NCBI GenBank assembly: GCA_044229975.1
Contig: JBGARZ010000002.1
Coordinates: 608,001-672,000, forward strand
Direction: 5' to 3'
Origin: Polyangiales bacterium
GTDB lineage: Bacteria > Myxococcota_A > Polyangia > Polyangiales > Ga0077539
DNA length: 64,000 nucleotides
The position numbers and the translations under genes are program-made. Positions 31,583-39,917 of the stretch are shown in pieces. Every line of letters begins with the position of its first letter. The first letter of the stretch is position 1. The notes below the pieces were generated by a model that did not search any database, had not been told where the DNA came from, and saw only the letters and a program-made list of their open reading frames with translations.

Positions 31583-33712
31583 ATGTTGAGCCGCCACGCC
31601 CTCCTCGCGCTGCCCGCCCTCGCCCTCGTCGCCTGTAGCGAGCCCGCCCCCGCCGACACGCCCGACGCGGCCGCCGACGTGACCGCAGCCGACGACCGCG
31701 GCTCCCCCATCGACACTCCGCCGGTCATCGATCGCCCCGCCGCGCTCGATGCGTTCGACGCCAACGTCACTCCAGACGTCGCGCCCGACACGGGCCCCGC
31801 GCGCTGCGCGTCGGACGGCGATTGTGTCGGCAACGCCGGCGGCCCCGCGTGCGACGCCACCTCGGGCCGCTGCGTGGCGTGCACCGCGACGTCCGACCGC
31901 TGCGCCGCCGGTCAGTACTGCGTCGCCGCCACCAACACCTGCGCCGCGGGCTGTCGCGACGACGCCGCGTGCAGCGCGGGCGCCGACGGCGGCGCGGCCT
32001 CCCGTCACTGCGACACCGCGACGCACGCGTGCGTCGACTGCGCCACCGACGCGCACTGCCCGTCGGGTGCGCTCTGCGTGGGCAGCGTCTGCGTCGCCGG
32101 GTGCAACGCCGGTCGCCCCTGCCCCGCGTCGCAGCAGTGCTGCGGCGGAGCGTGCGTCGACCCGCAGTCCAACATCGCCCACTGCGGCGCGTGCGACGCC
32201 CGCTGCACCATCGCGAGCGGCACTGCGGCGTGCATGAACGGCACGTGCGCCGTCGGCGCCTGCACGGCGCCCAACGCCAACTGCGACGGCAACGCGACCA
32301 ACGGCTGCGAGACCGACACGTCCCGCGACGTCATGCACTGCGGCGGCTGCGCGATGCCCTGCGCGGCGCGCGCCCACGCGACGGCGTCGTGCGGCTCGGG
32401 CACCTGCTCGTACGTCTGCGAGACCGGCTTCGCGGACTGCGACGGCGACGCGAGCAACGGCTGCGAGGCCGACACGCGCACCAGCACCGCCGCGTGCGGC
32501 GCCTGCGGGACGCGCTGCGATCCGCCCAACGCGACGGCGGCCTGCGTGGCGAGCCGCTGCGAGGTCGCGGCTTGCGCGACGGGCTTCGGCAACTGCGACG
32601 GCAACGCCACCAACGGCTGCGAGACCGACACCCGCGCGACCGTCGCCCACTGCGGCACCTGCGGAACCGTCTGCCCGGGCGCGGCCAACGCCGTCGCGGC
32701 CTGCGCGGCGGGCGCCTGCGCGACGGTGTGCACGGCGGGCTACGCGGACTGCGACGGCATGGCAGGCAACGGCTGCGAGACCGATACGCGCAGCAGCGCG
32801 ACCCACTGCGGCGGCTGTGGGCGCACCTGCGCGCTGCCCAACACGGCGACCTCGGGCTGCGCCGCGTCGCTCTGCACGGTGGCCACCTGCGCGACCAACT
32901 TCGGCAACTGCGACGGCGTGGCGATGAACGGCTGCGAGACCGACACGCGCACCGCCCTGGCTCACTGCGGCGCGTGCGGCGTGGCGTGTGGAGCGGGCCT
33001 CACCTGCACGGCGAGCGCATGCACCCCGCTCGCGAACTGCGCGGCGATTCTCGCGGCGTTTCCCGGCATCGCGAGCGGCGCTTACCCCATCGACCCGGAC
33101 GGCGCCGGGGGTGACGCGCCCTTCACCGTGTACTGCGACATGACCGCCGACGGCGGCGGCTGGACCATGGTCTACAAGCTCTCGTCGGGCGTCGCGGGTG
33201 AGCCCGATGCGCTCTGGGCGGGCGGCGCGGTCAACGACGGCACGGCCGCGCTCCTCAACACGGCGCGCGGCGACGCGCAGTACGTGAGCCGCCTCCTCGG
33301 CCGCTGGAACTCCGGCCTCACCGTCACGCAGGCGCGGGTGGTGATGTACGAGGCGGGCGTCGCGTCGGCGTTCATGCGCTTCAACGCGGCGGGCAGTGAC
33401 CGGACCAACTGGTTTGCCCTCGGTCGCATGCAGGCCGGGTCGTGGACCGACCTCGGCACGCAGGGACAGAACTTCTTCCAGATCTCGGCGGCCGGAAACT
33501 ACGGCCGTCACTGGTTCGTGAACCGCAACTACGGCGGCTGCCCGGCCGACGCGGGCTGGCTGGTGCTCAACGGCTCCACCGACATCACCTGCGACTGGGC
33601 GACGCGCGTCCCAACGGTGTCGATCATGTTTGCCCGCGGCACCACCGTCCAGAACTGGAACGACTACCCCAACGTCGGCCTCGCCGACGCGATGGCGGTC
33701 TACATCCGATGA
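31583..33712 (+). CDS. Cys-rich repeat lipoprotein with C-terminal fibrinogen-like (YCDM..DGGGW) domain
   Basis: Lipobox LVAC; five DCDG...NGCETD...HCG.C repeats; YPIDPDG..VYCDMTADGGGWT. Confidence 0.85.
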   Translation: MLSRHALLALPALALVACSEPAPADTPDAAADVTAADDRGSPIDTPPVIDRPAALDAFDANVTPDVAPDTGPARCASDGDCVGNAGGPACDATSGRCVACTATSDRCAAGQYCVAATNTCAAGCRDDAACSAGADGGAASRHCDTATHACVDCATDAHCPSGALCVGSVCVAGCNAGRPCPASQQCCGGACVDPQSNIAHCGACDARCTIASGTAACMNGTCAVGACTAPNANCDGNATNGCETDTSRDVMHCGGCAMPCAARAHATASCGSGTCSYVCETGFADCDGDASNGCEADTRTSTAACGACGTRCDPPNATAACVASRCEVAACATGFGNCDGNATNGCETDTRATVAHCGTCGTVCPGAANAVAACAAGACATVCTAGYADCDGMAGNGCETDTRSSATHCGGCGRTCALPNTATSGCAASLCTVATCATNFGNCDGVAMNGCETDTRTALAHCGACGVACGAGLTCTASACTPLANCAAILAAFPGIASGAYPIDPDGAGGDAPFTVYCDMTADGGGWTMVYKLSSGVAGEPDALWAGGAVNDGTAALLNTARGDAQYVSRLLGRWNSGLTVTQARVVMYEAGVASAFMRFNAAGSDRTNWFALGRMQAGSWTDLGTQGQNFFQISAAGNYGRHWFVNRNYGGCPADAGWLVLNGSTDITCDWATRVPTVSIMFARGTTVQNWNDYPNVGLADAMAVYIR
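32279..32947 (+). repeat. Intragenic ~156-bp repeat x5 (CDGxxxNGCETD unit)
   Basis: (A/G)ACTGCGACGGC...AACGGCTGCGAG at 32279, 32435, 32591, 32747 and 32906. Confidence 0.85.
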
Positions 33713-33716
33713 GCGT

Positions 33717-34994
33717 TCAGCCCGGGATGGTGATGCAGCCGAACTGGACCTCGATGCGGGCGCTGCCTGCGCGGAGCTGTTCGTTGGCGCTCTCACACGA
33801 CGCGGGGCAGAGGTTGACCCGCGTCGGGTGCGCGTCGTCGTCGTAGTACCAGCCGCCCGTCGTCCGACACGCGGCGGCGTTGGCGACCTTCCCGATGACC
33901 GACCGCGATGTCCCGGTGACCACCACGTTCACGAGCCGCGGGTCGAGCACCGACCCTCCCGGCGGCGCCGGGAGTTCGAGGTCACACGCGATGCGGCTGC
34001 TGCGCTCGACGGCCGTGGCGACCCGCTCGAAGAAGGGCACCCATGCCGCCGCGCCGTCGCAGAGCTTCGCCCGCACGCCGCCAGTGCGAGCGACGAGCGT
34101 GGTGTAGACGCTGCCCGAGGTCGGCGGCGACGAGCCGTCGGGGTACATGCAGCGCGTGGCCGGGTTGGTCTCGCTGCCCCAGCCGTAGATTCCGCTGAAG
34201 GTATAGCCCGCGAAGAGGCCCGCCCACGACGGGTCGAGGAGGCCGGGCGGCAGGCTGAAGGAGCCGGAGTTGGGGTTGGTCCCGCCGCGGAAGCGATCGA
34301 ACTCGTCGGCCGTGAGCCGCGACTGGTCGTCGGTCACCACCACGATGGTCTTGCTCGCGTCGGCGCGCAGGAACTCCCGCCACGCCTCGCCGCCCCGCGG
34401 GTCGGCGCTCGTGTACCCGTGGGTCTGGCCGAGCGTGCCGAGGAGCTGCTCCAGGGGCTGCGTGCTGCGGACGTCCACCGAGGAGTGGAAGAAGCGCTCG
34501 CCGTTGCCGCAGGCGTCGTCGCCCGCGAGCGGCCGCGGGATGCACACGGCGTAGCGACCGCTGCCAGCGACGGTGACGCTGCGCCGCACGTTGCGGAGGG
34601 AGAGCATCACGACGCGGTAGTCGAGGCCGCGCGAGCCCACCACGCGGGCGAAGTCGTTGAGCCCGCGGATCACTTCATCGATGGCCGGCGCCATGCTGAT
34701 GGAGTTGTCGACCACCCAGATGATGTCGACGGGCTGCCGCTCGACCTGGGCCTCGACCGCGCTGGTCGAACACGCCGCGTCGGGCGAGAGCACGAGGTCG
34801 GTGGGGACGTCGCGAGGCCCCGTCTGGACATCGGGGGGAGGGCCCGCGTCGACGATCACGACGTCGGCGGACGGCCCATCGCGGCGGCCCGCATCGAAGC
34901 CCGCGTCGGCGACGAAGGTGCGCGGCGGTAGATCGCCGGCGCAGGCGGGGAGCAGCCCGAGGAGACCCACGGCGAGGCGCGACGATCGAGGCAT
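33717..34994 (-). CDS. Cys-containing vWA-domain lipoprotein
   Basis: Lipobox LPAC; MIDAS DIIWVVDNSISM, VVVTDD; C-terminal GGWYYDD...LCPASC. Confidence 0.8.
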   Translation of the reverse strand: MPRSSRLAVGLLGLLPACAGDLPPRTFVADAGFDAGRRDGPSADVVIVDAGPPPDVQTGPRDVPTDLVLSPDAACSTSAVEAQVERQPVDIIWVVDNSISMAPAIDEVIRGLNDFARVVGSRGLDYRVVMLSLRNVRRSVTVAGSGRYAVCIPRPLAGDDACGNGERFFHSSVDVRSTQPLEQLLGTLGQTHGYTSADPRGGEAWREFLRADASKTIVVVTDDQSRLTADEFDRFRGGTNPNSGSFSLPPGLLDPSWAGLFAGYTFSGIYGWGSETNPATRCMYPDGSSPPTSGSVYTTLVARTGGVRAKLCDGAAAWVPFFERVATAVERSSRIACDLELPAPPGGSVLDPRLVNVVVTGTSRSVIGKVANAAACRTTGGWYYDDDAHPTRVNLCPASCESANEQLRAGSARIEVQFGCITIPG

Positions 34995-35164
34995 TCCCTT
35001 CGGGTAGCACGGTCGGCCGTGACCGTGGGCCTCACCCTGGTGACGGTCGTGTGAGGGGAAACGCCTCAGCGCGCGCGTCACGCCCGCCGCGCTGGACCGC
35101 TCGACCGAAGAGGGTGGTAGCTTCGGAGCGTCCTTTGGCCGCGAGTCTTCTGAGAGTCTGCCAA

Positions 35165-35180
35165 TGGCGCACGAGATGCA
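35165..35180 (+). promoter_or_regulatory. Putative sigma54 promoter upstream of small acidic protein
   Basis: TGGCGC-ACGAG-ATGCA (GG-N10-GC), about 60 nt before an SD-led ATG. Confidence 0.45.
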
Positions 35181-35241
35181 GCCTCGTCGTGGGTGACGGA
35201 GCCGCCAGACGCGCCCGTCACTCACGAGGAGCGAGAGAGCA

Positions 35242-35568
35242 ATGAAGCCATCCAGGACCAGGACGCCGGAACTCCACATCGGAGGCCGCATGGACGACGG
35301 CAACGCCTTCATCCGCGACCCGGGCTCCGGCCCCGCACGGACCAAGGACAGCCTCGCGGAGAACCTTGCGGAGCAGTTCCTCACGTCGGCCACGTCGGCG
35401 GAGGAGGCAGGGCAGGAGGAGTTTGACCGCGAGGTGCCCGAGGAGTCGGGCGGCCCCTTCGTGCGATCGAGCGGCGCGAAGGAGTACGCGCGCACCTCCG
35501 ACGCGCCCGACATCCCCGACGCCGAGCGCGAGCCCTTCCCGACGCCCATGCGCGTCGGCCGCCGCTAG
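35242..35568 (+). CDS. Small acidic hypothetical protein
   Basis: SD GAGGAG; 108 aa; LAEQFLTSATS...EESGGPFV...EPFPT. Confidence 0.75.
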   Translation: MKPSRTRTPELHIGGRMDDGNAFIRDPGSGPARTKDSLAENLAEQFLTSATSAEEAGQEEFDREVPEESGGPFVRSSGAKEYARTSDAPDIPDAEREPFPTPMRVGRR

Positions 35569-36632
35569 CGCGCGAGCACCAGCGCGCTGTCTCCAAACTC
35601 GTGCTGGAGGTATCCCCGGCCCGCCGCGAAGCGCAGCGAGGCGTGCAGCAGCGGCGCGCTCGCGAAGGCCGTGAGCAGCGCGAAGTGCGAGGTGCCGGGC
35701 TCGTGCATCCCCGTGAAGATCCCGTCGACGACCCGCGGCGTCGTCCCCTCCCCCAGCACCAGAGCCGTCATCGCCGTGCCCGCGCTGAGCACTCCCTGCG
35801 ATGCATCGGCGCGCCCCTCCAGCGCCCGCACCACGCTCGTCCCCACGGCAATCACCCGACCGCGGCGCGCACGGCAACGCGCCACGGCGTCCACGGTCGC
35901 CTGCGGGATGTCAGAGCGCTCGGGCCACGGCATCGCGGCATCGAGCACCTCGTCTCCCGTCGAGGACAAGCCCGCGGCGTGAGTGATGGCTGCGAGCTCG
36001 ACGCCCGACTCGCGCAGGGCCTGCACCAACGCCCACGAGAGCGGTCGCCCCGCCGACGGCATCTCCAGCGACCACGGTCGCGACGCGAAGGGCGTCTGCA
36101 CATCCCACAGCGCGAGCTCGTCGCGGAGATGCGCGTACTGCACCGGCCGACCGATGGCGTACAGCCGCCGCCAGAACGCGTCGCCCTCATGGGAGAAGCG
36201 CACCGTCACCAACCGCGCCGATCGGTCGGAGCGCGCCTCGACGACCGCGCGCAGATCACCCGCGCAGGTGAGCACCTCGCCCGGTGAGAGCACCGGAGGC
36301 GGAGCGCGGTGCTCCGTGCGGGTGCGCCAGTCCCCGTCGCCGAAGAGCACCACGTCCCAGGCTCCGTCGTCGTGGTGATGGGCGAGGCGCAGCTCCATCG
36401 CTTCGCCCGCGGGGCCCTTCGCGGAGAGCGAAGCCGGGAGCGTCGCCGCGTCGTTGACCACCAGCAGATCGCCCGCCCGCAGGAAGCGCGGAAGGTCTGC
36501 GATGCGGGCGTCTTCCAACGCCTCCGACGACGGGTCGATCACCAGCAGCTTCTCCGCCAGGACGTCGCCCCGCACGCCCGTCGCCGCGGCGAGCACCTCG
36601 TCGCCGTAGGAGCCCGATGGAACGGCGTTCAT
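35565..36632 (-). CDS. QueA-like protein (SAM:tRNA ribosyltransferase-isomerase fold, non-canonical motifs)
   Basis: GDLLVVNDAATLPA, VQTPFA..PWSLEMPSAGRP, RVIAVGTSVVRALE, TGMHEPGTSH, YLQHEFGDS. ATG overlaps the SDR stop (ATGA). Confidence 0.85.
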   Translation of the reverse strand: MNAVPSGSYGDEVLAAATGVRGDVLAEKLLVIDPSSEALEDARIADLPRFLRAGDLLVVNDAATLPASLSAKGPAGEAMELRLAHHHDDGAWDVVLFGDGDWRTRTEHRAPPPVLSPGEVLTCAGDLRAVVEARSDRSARLVTVRFSHEGDAFWRRLYAIGRPVQYAHLRDELALWDVQTPFASRPWSLEMPSAGRPLSWALVQALRESGVELAAITHAAGLSSTGDEVLDAAMPWPERSDIPQATVDAVARCRARRGRVIAVGTSVVRALEGRADASQGVLSAGTAMTALVLGEGTTPRVVDGIFTGMHEPGTSHFALLTAFASAPLLHASLRFAAGRGYLQHEFGDSALVLAR

Positions 36633-37363
36633 GACTGCACCTGCGCGACGAAGCTCGGCGCGTGGAGGCGGTGTCCCGGCGTGATGTTCTCGGCGTGGGC
36701 GATGATGTCCACGAAGCGCTCGGCGACCGCCCCAGGTGCGCTCAGGGTCGCGCGATCGGCGTGGGGCATCGCGTCGGCGTGCATCGCCGTGTCCATCTCG
36801 CCCGGGTCGACGGACACCACGCGCACGCCGCTCTCTTCGAGCTCGGCCGACCAGATGCGACCGAGGTGATCGAGCGCCGCCTTCGAGGCGCCGTACGCGC
36901 CCCACGCGGGGTACGCCTCCACCGCAGCATCGGAGCTCACCAGCAGCACCAGCCCCCGCGCCCCGAGCAGCATCGGCCCGAGCAGCGCCTTCGTCAGCCG
37001 GAACGGCCCCAGCACGTTGACCGCCAGCGCCCGCTCCAGCGCCTCGCAGTCCGTGTCCGCGAGCAACCGCAGCGGAACGTGGCCCAGCGTGCTCGCGTTG
37101 TGCACCACCACGTCGACCCCACCCAGCGCGGCGAGCGCCTGCCCCGCGATGCGGTGGATCGCCTGCTTGTCCCCCACGTCGCCCGCCACCGCGTGCGCCT
37201 CGCCACCCGCCGCCACCACCTCCGCCGCCACCGCGTCGAGCGCGGCCTCGGTGCGTGCCACCAGCGCGAGCCGCGCGCCTCGCCGCCCCAACGCCAGCGC
37301 CAGCGCGCGCCCCAAGCCCGCTCCAGCTCCCGTCACCACGATTCTCAGCCCGTTGATGTCCAT
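36629..37363 (-). CDS. Short-chain dehydrogenase/reductase
   Basis: VTGAGAGLG, VHNAS, SSDA, YGASK and DPGEMDT motifs; SD AAGGAG. Confidence 0.92.
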   Translation of the reverse strand: MDINGLRIVVTGAGAGLGRALALALGRRGARLALVARTEAALDAVAAEVVAAGGEAHAVAGDVGDKQAIHRIAGQALAALGGVDVVVHNASTLGHVPLRLLADTDCEALERALAVNVLGPFRLTKALLGPMLLGARGLVLLVSSDAAVEAYPAWGAYGASKAALDHLGRIWSAELEESGVRVVSVDPGEMDTAMHADAMPHADRATLSAPGAVAERFVDIIAHAENITPGHRLHAPSFVAQVQS

Positions 37364-37406
37364 ATGCCGCGTCACTCCTTCGGTGGTTGGGAGTCTGTGT
37401 CGCGGG

Positions 37407-37461
37407 TGCCAGCCGGTTGGCCGTTCTGCCAATACGCTGGCATCCTGCCAACGCATGGACA
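37407..37461. promoter_or_regulatory. Three tandem 16-bp imperfect palindromes (candidate XRE operators)
   Basis: TGCCAGCCGGTTGGCC (37407-37422), TGCCAATACGCTGGCA (37427-37442), TGCCAACGCATGGACA (37446-37461). Confidence 0.7.
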
Positions 37462-38015
37462 CCCCCGCCGACGTCGCCGAGCGCCTCGCCGCCAACATCC
37501 GCGCGCTGCGTGAAGCCCGCGGGCTCACCCAATCGCAGCTCGCGCGCCAGTCGGGCCTGCCCCGCGCGACGTGGGCCAACCTCGAAAGTGGCGGCGCCAA
37601 CCCCACGCTCGCCGTGATGCAGAAGGTCGCCGTCGCCCTCCAGGTGTCCTTCGAGGAGCTCGTCGCGGCGCCCATCGCGGGCGCGCGCTTCTTCGCGAAG
37701 GACTCGCTCCCGGTGCAGTCCCGCGGGCAGGCGACCATCCGCAAGCTGCTGCCCGACCGCGTCCCCGGAACAGAGATCGACCGCATCGCGCTGCCGCCGG
37801 GCGCGCGCATGACGGGCGTCCCGCACACACCGGGGACCCGCGAGTACCTCACCGTCGAGACCGGCTCCATCGCCCTCACCGCGAGCGGCCAGACGTGGAC
37901 GCTCCAACCCGGCGACGTCCTCGCCTTTCGCGGCGACCAGAAGCACTCCTACGCCAACCCCGGCCGCGGCGCCGCGGTGGGCTACTCCGTCGTGATGCTC
38001 CGACCCGTGGATTGA
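37455..38015 (+). CDS. XRE-family HTH regulator with C-terminal cupin
   Basis: IRALREARGLTQSQLARQSGLPRATWANLESGGANPTL; PHTPGTREYL; GD...FRGDQKHSYAN. Confidence 0.92.
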   Translation: MDTPADVAERLAANIRALREARGLTQSQLARQSGLPRATWANLESGGANPTLAVMQKVAVALQVSFEELVAAPIAGARFFAKDSLPVQSRGQATIRKLLPDRVPGTEIDRIALPPGARMTGVPHTPGTREYLTVETGSIALTASGQTWTLQPGDVLAFRGDQKHSYANPGRGAAVGYSVVMLRPVD

Positions 38016-38051
38016 CCGGCCGCGCGCGATGGGGTTCCACTGCGCGCCCTC

Positions 38052-38891
38052 ATGCTCAACGACCTTCGTTTCGCCTTCGTCGGCGCGGGCAACATGGCCG
38101 AGGCCCTCATCCGCGGGCTCATCGCGTCGGGCGCCGTCCCCGCTTCGCACATCACCGTCTCGGGCCGCCGCCGCGAGCGCACCGACCGCACCGCCGAGCG
38201 CCTCGGCGTCACCGCCGCCACCGACAACGCCCACTGCGTCGCCGGGGCCGACGTGGTGATGCTCTGCGTGAAGCCCCAGGTGCTGCGTGGCGTCCTCGAA
38301 CAGGTCGGCCGCGACATCCCCCGCGAGGCGCTGGTGGTCAGCGTCGCCGCGGGCATCTCGGCCTCGTCCATCGAGGCCCAGCTCGCGCCCGGCCAGCGCG
38401 TCGTGCGCAGCATGCCCAACACCGGCGCCGTCGTGCGGCAGAGCGCCTCCGCCATCGCCCCAGGAGCCAGCGCCACCGAGCGCGATCTGGCCGTCGCCAA
38501 GGACATCTTCGATCGCGTGGGCCGCACCGTCGTCGTCGACGAGGTGCACCTCGACGCGGTCACGGGGCTCTCGGGCAGCGGGCCCGCGTACATCTTCCTC
38601 ATCATCGACGCGCTCGCCGACGCGGGCGTGAAGGTCGGCCTCTCGCGCGACGTGGCCTTGGAGCTCGCCGCGCAGACCGTGATGGGCTCCGCGCAGCTCC
38701 TGCTCCAGACCGGCGAACACCCCGGCAAGCTCAAGGACCAGGTGACCTCCCCCGGCGGCACCGCCATCGCGGGCCTGCACACGCTCGAAGCGGGCGGCCT
38801 TCGTACGACGCTCATCACCGCCGTCGAGACCGCCACACGACGCTCGAAGGAGCTCGGCGAGGCAGCCGCGGCGGCAGCAGCGCACAAGTGA
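38052..38891 (+). CDS. proC: Pyrroline-5-carboxylate reductase
   Basis: FVGAGNMA, CVKPQ, RSMPNT, TGLSGSGPAY, VTSPGGT. Confidence 0.95.
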   Translation: MLNDLRFAFVGAGNMAEALIRGLIASGAVPASHITVSGRRRERTDRTAERLGVTAATDNAHCVAGADVVMLCVKPQVLRGVLEQVGRDIPREALVVSVAAGISASSIEAQLAPGQRVVRSMPNTGAVVRQSASAIAPGASATERDLAVAKDIFDRVGRTVVVDEVHLDAVTGLSGSGPAYIFLIIDALADAGVKVGLSRDVALELAAQTVMGSAQLLLQTGEHPGKLKDQVTSPGGTAIAGLHTLEAGGLRTTLITAVETATRRSKELGEAAAAAAAHK

Positions 38892-38902
38892 GGCGGTGAC
38901 CC

Positions 38903-39901
38903 ATGGACGACGCCGTCAAGATCGAGCACGAGACCACCCCCAACAGCGACGGCTGGGAGCTCTCGCTCCGGCACACCGTCGCCCATCGGACGCAGCACCA
39001 CGGAGATGAGGCCCCGAAGCGCCCCGTGCTCGTGGTGCCGGGCTACGGGATGAACTCGTTCATCTTCGGGTTTCACCCGAGCGGGCGGTCGCTGGAGCAC
39101 CACCTCGCGTGGCGCGGCTTCGACGTGTGGAGCGTGGACTTCCGCGCCCAGGGCCGCTCGCGCTCCACGGGCGGTTCGATGAAGGGCTGGGGACTCGCCG
39201 AGCTCGCCACCGTCGACACCACCGCCGCCGTCGACCACGTGCTCAAACGCACCGGCGCCGCGCAGGTCGACCTCATCGGCTGCTCCCTCGGCACGGCCAT
39301 CATGCTCGGCCACGCCGTACTCGGTGACCGCACCCGCCTCGGGTCGCTCGTCGCCTTCGGTGGGCCCCTTCGTTGGGAAGACGTCCACCCGCTGGTGTCG
39401 GTGGCCTTTCGCTCCCCGCGACTCGCGGCCGCCATCCCCTTCAAGGGCACGCGCGCCCTCGCAGGCTTCGCGCTGCCGTTGCTGCTCAAGACGCCGCTGC
39501 TGTCGATCTATCTCAACCCCAGGAGTTCGGACATGAGCCGCTGGCGCGAGATGATCAACACCGTCGAAGACCCCATTCCCCAGATCAACGGCGAGATCGC
39601 GCAGTGGATCCTCGACCGCGACCTCACCCTCCGCGGCACCAACATCACCCGCGGCGCCGAGACGCTCACCAACCCGCTGCTCTGCGTGGTCGCCCTGCAA
39701 GACGGCATCGTCCCCGTCGAGACGGCGCGCTCGCCCTACCGTCACACCGGCGCGACCGTGAAGGCCATGCTGGAGGTCGGCGACACCGAGCTGCCACACG
39801 CCCACGCCGACCTCTTCCTGTCGCGCGAGGCCGAGGCCCGGGTCTTCGAACCGACGGCACGATGGCTGGCCCAGCCGACTTCCGTGATCGCCGGAGTGTG
39901 A
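38903..39901 (+). CDS. Alpha/beta hydrolase (PhaC/lipase-like)
   Basis: VLVVPGY, DFRAQG, IGCSLG, QDGIVP, HADLF. Confidence 0.8.
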   Translation: MDDAVKIEHETTPNSDGWELSLRHTVAHRTQHHGDEAPKRPVLVVPGYGMNSFIFGFHPSGRSLEHHLAWRGFDVWSVDFRAQGRSRSTGGSMKGWGLAELATVDTTAAVDHVLKRTGAAQVDLIGCSLGTAIMLGHAVLGDRTRLGSLVAFGGPLRWEDVHPLVSVAFRSPRLAAAIPFKGTRALAGFALPLLLKTPLLSIYLNPRSSDMSRWREMINTVEDPIPQINGEIAQWILDRDLTLRGTNITRGAETLTNPLLCVVALQDGIVPVETARSPYRHTGATVKAMLEVGDTELPHAHADLFLSREAEARVFEPTARWLAQPTSVIAGV

Positions 39902-39917
39902 TAAGAGCGGCGCTCCC

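Noticed and set aside
32279..32947. Regularly spaced ~40-bp direct repeats resembling a CRISPR array
   Set aside because: The period of 156-159 bp is a multiple of 3, the repeats vary at codon positions, they lie inside a Cys-rich CDS, and there are no cas genes.
35565..38885. 1106-aa ORF suggesting a giant QueA fusion
   Set aside because: Only the last 355 aa are QueA-like. The upstream part overlaps the SDR in another frame and XRE and proC in antisense; the real start at 36632 is coupled to the SDR stop.
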